Made by a program: the position numbers and the translations under genes
Notes under the pieces: model-generated
Told to the model about the DNA's origin: nothing
The model's input: only the letters and a program-made list of their open reading frames with translations
Database searches by the model: none
Shown here: one piece after another, positions 19,434-26,539 of the stretch
Position numbering within the stretch: the first letter of the stretch is position 1
Layout: each line of letters begins with the position of its first letter
Assembly: GCA_048772705.1 (NCBI GenBank)
Contig: JBLWGC010000215.1
Coordinates: 1-26,539, forward strand
Direction of reading: 5' to 3'
From: Leidyana gryllorum EB-2025a
Taxonomy: Eukaryota > Protista > Apicomplexa
Length of the DNA: 26,539 nt

Positions 19434-19795
19434 CTCTGGTCATTCATTCGAGTGTCTGCACAGTTAGACTGTCACAGAGAGTTCAGACCACTAGGGAACA
19501 TTAGCCTTTACGCTTTTGTAGTTGTTGCTTTACGTTCCTTAATAATGCCTTTCCACCATCTCATGCATGCCCCTATATAAGTGCAAAATATGTAGCGAAG
19601 TATCCAGATGGATGCTAATTCGACTGGAAGTTTCACCAAGTCGAATCTGGCAACCCGATAGGGAGTTTACCATTTAGGCAAACACGAACTACAACACGGA
19701 TGGCTCTAATTCGGGCCGTGCAATCTCTAGCACGAACTGCTGCTGTAAAACAACCAGTGATTCGGACTGCATTGCATTGCTGTATAAGTGAAATC

Positions 19796-20420
19796 TACGG
19801 CCACCAAGGATCGAACTCGGAACCTTCTGAGTATTAAGCAGGCATCGAAACCACGAGAGCCTGGCTGCACGGATGGTCCCCGCAGCCCAAGAGAAGTGGC
19901 GAAGTTTCAGGGAGTAGTGAGGACCAGTTCCAAGGTCGCGCCGGGAGTCGAAGCCAGTTGGGAGGTTCAAAATCTCCAGTGCTAACAACTACTCCACCCA
20001 ACCGGTTCAGCCCATCCCAAAGGAGTCGGTAGAGCCATCCGGGCTAGCGCTTCCTCAACTGGACACATGCAACACGGGTCTCTCTACTTACCTCTGAAAA
20101 ATCTGAAGTGGCTCCGGTATGTTGTAAAATACCAACTTGGAGATCCGGGCTCTGAGTCAACCTTCACACATACTGCGGTGCCCAAATCTGTCCAAGGGCT
20201 ACTACAGGGCACCCTTGAAAGCTCTCAACTCTGTGGATAAATAGCGGCAGTTGCAGCACTACGAAGTTTGGACGACCTGGACATCGATTTCAGTACCTCT
20301 CGCATGCTAAGCGAGCGCTCTAACATTTGAGCTAGTCGCCCGCTGTGCAGCCCCCATCGCATTTATTGGTTCTCAACATAATATGACCACTCTCTCGACT
20401 GTATCAGCGGCTGGCACAGA
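19796..20420 (-). pseudogene. Degenerate Val-Gln-(Asn)-Ala(AGC) module
   Basis: Inverted paralog of ~12230-12875. Ala at 20269-20341. Confidence 0.82.
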
Positions 20421-20666
20421 CGAGTGCTGCTTTCTGATCAGTAGTAGTGGTGGGTCTCAGTCTGTTCATCTCGAAGCTCAGTTGTGAATGATGATAAGCG
20501 ATTTAAGCAAGGTACTCACACAACACTAGTGTCCCACTGACCCCACACAACTGCAACACACAGTTTTTTGAATTAGTAGTTCGTGTTCATTGTTTGCAAC
20601 ACGCCACCCAGTAGTAATTACCAATAGTCAATAGTTTCCGATGAGCAAAGTTGTATCCACGACGAG

Positions 20667-21302
20667 TGCAGTCCGCGATTAGCTAGATCAGTGCCCTTTT
20701 TAGATTGCATCGATCATCGACCCACCGGAGTCGGGCCGGCCAACAACTTACCTCGTGTCGCCGAGCGTTCCGGTAACCGGCACGGAGACACGAACACACA
20801 ACACACACATGAACTTACGATTCGGTCGTCAGCCAGCAACGGAAAGCACTAACAATGATGCCCCACGACATCACATTGGTAGCAGTGCGTCTACCGACGC
20901 ACCACTAGCGGCAGAAGGTAGCGACCCTCAGGAAATGCAAGAACGGAGCGTTGGAGTCACGGAATCAACGCAAGGCGAGCCGAACGCGCAAATAGGCCAG
21001 GATAAAAGACTTGGCAACAGCCCACAGCTTAGTCACGATACCAGCATAGCAGCACTCGAAGCCAGTGGATTACTACAATTAGCGATCTCGCCAGTACGCG
21101 AAACACAGCGACAGCAGCAAACGAATAACAGTGATTGCGGAGCAAGCAACGAAGAACAACGGGCCAAAACGGCACTCCGGAAGCACACGGCATTCGATGG
21201 CAACAACAGTGGACGCGCAAGGGAGTGGGCCGGCCCGACTCCGGTCGGTCGGTGATAGATGCAATCTAAAAAGGGCACTGATCTAGCTGATCCCGGACTA
21301 CA
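20667..21302 (-). repeat. 3' LTR (636 bp, TG...CA) with 75-bp terminal inverted repeats
   Basis: Minus strand reads GGAGGGG|TGTAGTCC...GGACTGCA. The pol frame stops at the TAG in the first LTR bases. Internal segments recur at 25370-25435. Confidence 0.8.
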
Positions 21303-22560
21303 CCCCTCCGGGCCCATCCTCCTTGAACGGGTTCCGCGGGTTTTGGCGGTTCCACTTTGCTCTGAACTCTTCTATGAGGTCGCTCCCGTCCGCTTCCAGA
21401 ACCTTCTGGGCTGGTTCCCATGTCTGGCCCGGCTATCCAGCCCATTTTATCTTGTAGTAGATGCCTTCGGGAGTGGGTTTCCAGCCCATGATATATAGTG
21501 GTTCTTCTGGGAGTGGCTCTGTGGCGTGGTCTGATGCATGGTATTTCTCTAGACTGCTCGGATGGAACTTAGGAAAAATTTGCCAGGTGGGTGGGAGGTC
21601 TAGAAATTAAGTGTTGTTGTTATATGCTCTTGTGATTCTCCAGGGGCCACAGAATGGCGGTGTCAGCTTGTTCTTGGGGACGTGGTTCCGTTCTCAGGAG
21701 GACTAGCTCCGCTTCTTGGAATTGGATATCGCCACGCCTTTTGTCAGCTTGTACTTTTTGGCGGGCTGCTGCTGCAGTCAGTCTATCATGGGCTTCTTGT
21801 AGTTTCTGGAGGTAGATCGTCCCATCGTAGATCGTTGAGATGCAACATCATACAGGTTGTTCGGTAGGAACGTAACACGACCGGTGTCTAGTTCCAAAGC
21901 AGTCATTCCCGTGGATGTCTGAACGGCTGAATTGAAAGCCATTTCTGTGCTGCTTATGTACTCAGTCCACCTTGACATGTGGTCGATCAGTACGCATCTG
22001 AGAATCTGCAGAATAGTCCTATTGGATCTCTCGGTCAAGCCGTTTGCCCGTGGATGGTACGCGGTTGTCATAGCCATGTTGATACCCAAGAGCTGCATCA
22101 GGTTCTTCCATACTTCAGCAGTGGATCGGGGATCTCTGTCGGATATTATTTTGCGGGGGACTCCATGTATGCGCACTATGTTGTCCAGAAATAGCTTCGC
22201 CGTTTCTGCGGCCGTTATGGTTTATCACATATGACCAGTCGTATTCTTCTGCTCAGTCGATCCACGACTACCATCAGGTAGTTCTTCCCCGTCTCCTCAT
22301 CTCTTGGCAATTCCAAGAAGTCTATACCTACCTCTACCTCTACCCATGGCATGGATGGGTTGCTGGTCGGGTGAAGTAGTCCTTGCGGCTTGTGGTTGCG
22401 GGCTTTCGCCTTCTGGCAAGTCCTGCAGGTACGACAGTATTCCGGAACGTCAGCCGCTAAACCTTTGACGTGAATAGAGCGCGGATCTGCCCCATCGTTT
22501 TTTTTTCCGCAGCTAAGTGGCCAGCCAGGAGGCTGTCGTGGTTGTCGCTGATAATTCGTT
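21298..22560 (-). pseudogene. Integrase with GPY/F-type motif and C-terminal chromodomain (disrupted)
   Basis: CRTCRTCQKAK zinc-finger half, IDF, HGVPRKIISDRDPR, TTAYHPRANGLTER, KLTPPFCGPWRI, YYKIKWAG*PGQTWEPAQKV. Confidence 0.9.
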
Positions 22561-22789
22561 TTAATAAGGTGCTCGTCGGCCGGTACCTCGATTGTACCGT
22601 CGTTCGTAACTGGTAATCCGTCGATCCACGCCACATGGTTCATGCGGGCTGTTTCCTCTGGTCTTTGCTCCCATGCTTGGCGTAATTCGCTTTCCAAGCC
22701 TGGTGGTCCGCTGCTATCGTTCTCGGATCCCTCCGAACCATTCGCAGGTATCTCTTCCGTTATTGTGTGGCATTCGTTTGTGGTTTCTG

Positions 22790-24040
22790 GCACTCGTGGC
22801 CTACTCATTAAATCCGCAATAATATTTTGCGTCCCCGTGATATATTCGATTTGGAGTTTTAAGTCCGCCAGGTGCACCAACCATCGTGCCTGCCTATCTG
22901 AAAGGCGTGATTGATTCAAGAGGTGAGTCAGAGGTTTGTGGTCTGTCTTAATTATCAATCTTCTGCCTATCAGGAGATATCGCCAACGCTTGCATGCTTC
23001 CACCACAGCGAGTAGTTCTACGCTCATGTGTCGGGTAACGTCGTTGTGCCTGGTTCATTTTCTTCGACATGAATTCGATTGGTCGTAGAGTCTGATTGAC
23101 TGCTTGCTGCAACACTGCTCCTACGGCATATGAGCTGGCGTCTGCGTTGATGGTCAATTCCTCTACTTGTGGTGTAGGGAACTGTAGTCGGGGTGGTATG
23201 GTGAGTGCCGGTTTCAACTGTTCTAATGCCTGTTGTCCTTCCGGCCTCGCAGTTATCTTGTCTCCCGGGTTCTTGAGTCCGTGCGTCAGCTCGTACAGGG
23301 GCGCTCTTATTGCCGCGAATTGAGGTATAAAGCAACGATAATAGTTCGCCATACCTAATATTCGTTGCATTTCGCATAGGGTATTCGGGTATGGTATTTG
23401 TCACACAGCGTGAAGTCGTTCCGGTATCGGTGTCACGCCTTGAGCGGTAAGTGTATGGCCCAAGAATGTCACCTCGTTCTTGAAGAATTGGGATTTTCGT
23501 GGATGCAGTATGAGTTTATTCTTGTTCAACCCGCATAAGACTTCTCTCAGATATCCTTCATGGCTGCTTTCATCCGGTGAGTATATCAGGACATCGTCCA
23601 AGTAAATGAATAAGAAGTCGCCAATTAAGTCCCCGAAGATTGTGTTCATCAGCGTCATAAACGTGGCTGGGGCATTAGTGAGCCCATTCGGCATCACTAG
23701 CCACTCATACAGACCCCAAGGTGTCGCAAACGCGGTGAGGTGTGCCGATGCCTCGTTCATCCGTACTTGGTGAGAACCATCGAGCGCCTGCCAGCGTTTG
23801 TAAGGCGTCATCAATCGATGGAATCGGGGGTGCCATCTTCCGCGTCGCGTCGTTGAGCCCTCTGAAGTCACACACCAGTCTTGGGACTGTGGTGTCCTTC
23901 TTCGCTACGAAGAGGCAGGGAGATGCCCAGCTGGAAGAACTGAGGCGAATCTTTCCGGCCTTCGTAAGTTCGATGATCTGTCGTCTAAGTTCGTGTATAT
24001 GTTTCTGTGCAATTCGATATGGTTGGCGGACATGTGGGTT
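22790..24040 (-). pseudogene. Reverse transcriptase and RNase H (frameshifted)
   Basis: SSWASPCLFVAKKD..RLVCDFRGLN, TAFATPWGLYEWLVMPNGLTNAPATF, YLDD, DASSYAVGAVLQQ, ELLAVVEA, TDHKPL. Confidence 0.95.
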
Positions 24041-24259
24041 CACATCGGGGTTCTTGAGCTCGATGGTATTGTCAATGCCGGGTCTGCAGGGAGGCATGGG
24101 TGGACCCTTAGTGGACACTGTGGCGTATTGCTGTATCATGCCCAGATATTTATTCGGAATATCTATTGGATGTTCGAGTGCCGGTACACTCGCTTGCTCT
24201 GCTATGGCGAATGCTTGTGGCTCCGCGGTTCGTGTCCATTCTTCTGGTTTGAATTTGGT

Positions 24260-24600
24260 GGGTACCGGTATGACTACTCCTTCGAAGATGCAGATTTGGC
24301 CTTGGGTTGTTAATGCAATGCATAATTGTAGATCCGCTATTATACTAGTGGGCACAATCAGGTCGTAAGGTAGCCCAGATACTACCGCTGTTCTTGTTTT
24401 GACTACTCTGCCCGCAGCCGTTTGGATACATACTGTGGTGAGGTTGTACTCCTTGGTGCCGTCCAGTCCTCTCATGAGCGTGGTGATTGGTTCCGTGTTC
24501 AATGCGAGTCTTCGAGCCATTGTACTGTCAATACATGATATCGTCGCTCCCGTATCGATCAGGACACACGCGTCGTGGGTCGATATTCCTTTTTTCTGGA
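24260..24600 (-). pseudogene. Retropepsin aspartic protease
   Basis: CVLIDTGATISC at ~24535-24570, in the same frame as gag. Confidence 0.88.
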
Positions 24601-24700
24601 TGCATCAAAGTCCATCGGGATGTGACTGTTGGTCTGCTGTTGTTCGGCTGTGTTGCCCTTTCGGTGAGTTTGCCACGCTCCCGTCGGGCTCCAGAAAATC

Positions 24701-25375
24701 CTACTCCGTGGCGGCGAATACTCGTCGTGCCTTCATTGCTGTCGAATCCTCGGAGCTCCTCCCAGCTGCTCTTTTCGTGCCTCTGTCGTCCCGTGGCTTT
24801 GGGCATTTCCACGCGAGATGATGGATTGAGCCGCAGTTGTAACAACGGCGCAGCTTCGCGCATTCTTCGTGTGTGAACCTGCATCGCTGGCCGACTCTGT
24901 TCTCCCGGGCTATGTCGATGGCAAGGCAAGGCTCTTCCATGCTGTGCTCCTCGATTGTTGCGTATTGTAGGGCCTTGACATAGATTGTGTCCATCGATTC
25001 GCCTATGCATCCGGACAGTGCTACCTTGTCCTTCTGAGGTAGGCCTTTGAGGAATAGGCTGGTGAGCGCTCGCTTCGTCAAGCTCTGGTCTAGTCCACGC
25101 ACAAGACGTTTGAATTCATCCACGTAATAGTTCATCGTCTTAGTTTTTGTCACTTTGGTGAGTTTGATAAGATCGTCCTCAATGGTATCTGCGGTGTCGA
25201 ATTTACAGATCATTCGTTGTTGGAACTCAGCCCAAGATAGACGTATTAATATTAGATGGTTCAGCAGCCATCTGGTGGCGGTTCCGGTAAGTTGGGCGCA
25301 CGCTGCTCGTACCCTAGCTTCTTCACTGTTGATGTCGTTCGCCATGAATCGAGCGGCGCATCCGTCGAGCAACAA
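24701..25375 (-). pseudogene. gag: Gag, 5' truncated
   Basis: LTGTATRW..LSWAEFQQRM retrotransposon-gag pattern and zinc knuckle CYNCGSIHHLAWKC (CX2CX4HX4C). Confidence 0.9.
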
Positions 25376-25435
25376 CTTACCTCGTGTCTCCGAGCGTTCC
25401 GGTAACCGCTAACAGTGATGCCCCACGACATCACA
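25370..25435 (-). repeat. Remnant of the 5' LTR
   Basis: 25370-25408 matches 20741-20779 and 25409-25435 matches 20849-20875, with the intervening ~69 bp deleted. Confidence 0.8.
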
Positions 25436-25638
25436 ACGAGTGTAATTCAGATTACACGAGAGATAGACTAATACCCCTTGTTCATTACATCTGTCGCCAC
25501 GCGGGAGCCGGTCTGGCCTAGTAATGCACGCGTCCCCGTCCGGTTCTCGTGCCTGTAAAGTCGGGCTTTTGGGGGTCAAGGCTAGCCCGACGGGCCTTCT
25601 GGGTGAGCGCCTTGGGGAGGATTGACGCCCGTCATATT

Positions 25639-26520
25639 CGTGTGTTCGTTGTAGGTTCGCTCCCGTGTCTCCGTACCCGGGGCCGGCCGGCACTGGAGAC
25701 ACAGACACGCTCGCAGCCGGACTGATTCGTCAGTCGGTGACATGCAACTAAAAAGGGGTACACAAAGGGCTGTGCTGATTGGAATCTGGGTTCAGAGGGG
25801 TTCAGTGGTGTAAGTCACCTCTTACATGCCGGCCAGTATAACCTGGCGGTAAGGTAAGATCCTCTGCGGAATCGGTAAGTCTGCGGTTGCGTAGTTCCAT
25901 GTCTTATTGCGTGTGTTCGTGCGTGTCTCTGTGTCTCCGTGCCGGTGCCGGCCGGCCTCCGAGACACAGAGACGCTGGTAAGCTGGATTGGATTGCCAGA
26001 CAGTGATATGCAATTAAAAAGGGGTCACGCATGTACAGGGGTGGCGGCTAGCCGCTACAGCCAGCTACACAGAATCTTCCGGCGGGTTGACTCAGGTCAA
26101 TCGCCGACAATTGTCCGCCTTAGGCGTAATTGGTGTCCTCCTCGGGTGGATCCTTCTCTTGGACCGAGTAGTGTCGGTCGATCCAACAGCGCGGGCAGGC
26201 TTGAGGTGGAAGTGTGGCGTTACAACTACCGCAGCAGTCACATACACGACCCGAAACGAACCGATAGAATATGCCCACAAAGCGACTAACCCGAGCCCCC
26301 TGTGTAACCTGGCTCTATGGCCGGGTTCGTATTGCTCAGGTGAATGCTTCGTCCGCTACGTAAAACCATTGTTATTCCAATGCAGGCACGTAAAAGGTCA
26401 GTTCACAAAGGTAAGTTCAATCTAAGGTCTATCTCTGTGTCTCTGTTAATGCCGGTGCCGGTGCCAGCCGGCCGGAGACGGAGACACACACACTGGTGAA
26501 CCGGTCCCGGCCGGTCACCG
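25639..26520 (+). repeat. Three diverged LTR-end-like hairpin units
   Basis: GTGTCTC...GCCGG...GAGACAC hairpins at ~25664-25710, 25925-25973 and 26436-26488. The first two are followed by TGCAA(C/T)TAAAAAGGGG and end ACA at 25764 and 26037. Confidence 0.7.
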
Positions 26521-26539
26521 ATGAGCGTCATCCTTGCAG

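Larger units (their letters stand above)
1..20420. other. Scrambled tRNA gene/pseudogene super-cluster (~120 copies, all 20 isotypes)
   Basis: A-box (TRGYNNARYGG) and B-box (GTTCRANYC) motifs with cloverleaf stems recur every ~100-200 bp on both strands. Spacers recur together with the genes. Interrupted by non-tRNA inserts at ~17696-18028 and ~18360-19690. Confidence 0.97.
20667..25435 (-). mobile_element. Ty3/gypsy chromovirus LTR retrotransposon, inactive, 5' end rearranged
   Basis: Domain order gag-PR-RT-RH-INT-chromodomain, PPT-like tract and 3' LTR, multiple stops and frameshifts. Confidence 0.95.

Noticed and set aside
1-20420. CRISPR-like array, or a phage or prokaryotic tRNA array
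   Set aside because: There is no constant repeat-spacer period. The tRNAs lack encoded CCA, iMet is eukaryotic-type, and U6 is present.
1-20420. Selenocysteine or nonsense-suppressor tRNAs
   Set aside because: I found no TCA, CTA or TTA anticodon in a credible cloverleaf.
1-20420. tRNA decay explained purely by sequencing error
   Set aside because: Lesions are mostly substitutions shared between paralogs, and near-identical repeats and intact genes lie alongside decayed ones. Individual single-base variants could still be errors.
20755-21255. 166-aa ORF between the inverted repeats as a transposase or env gene
   Set aside because: It has a non-ATG start and low-complexity composition, shows no catalytic or transmembrane motifs, and is antisense to the element.
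20667-21302. MITE or non-autonomous DNA transposon
   Set aside because: No TSD is evident. TG...CA ends, the adjacent purine tract, pol termination at the boundary and matches upstream of gag favour an LTR, though a MITE is not fully excluded.
24600-24703. Programmed gag-pol readthrough at the in-frame TAG
   Set aside because: A second in-frame stop (TGA) lies before the protease motif and the element has many other lesions, so simple decay of a single ORF is sufficient.

Overview
Eukaryotic (probably protist) DNA with two compartments. (1) From 1 to about 20,420 is an extremely dense, scrambled tRNA-gene field. By manual count it holds roughly 120 tRNA genes, pseudogenes and fragments on both strands, covering all 20 amino acids plus initiator Met. 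Only about 15-20 copies look structurally clean. The field is built from a few multi-tRNA modules (with their spacers) that have been repeatedly duplicated, inverted and truncated, often with a different anticodon in the homologous slot. It also contains an apparently intact U6 snRNA gene, a 3x ~394-bp tandem repeat, and tRNA-Tyr genes with a 7-nt intron. (2) From about 20,670 to the end is a decayed Ty3/gypsy chromovirus on the minus strand (gag-PR-RT-RH-INT-chromodomain). Its 636-bp 3' LTR carries unusually long 75-bp terminal inverted repeats, and it is followed by related LTR-end fragments. A second, weaker LTR-element relic lies at about 18,360-19,433. No host protein-coding gene is supported, and the ORF track over the tRNA field is spurious. 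All calls were made by eye. Coordinates of degraded copies are approximate.
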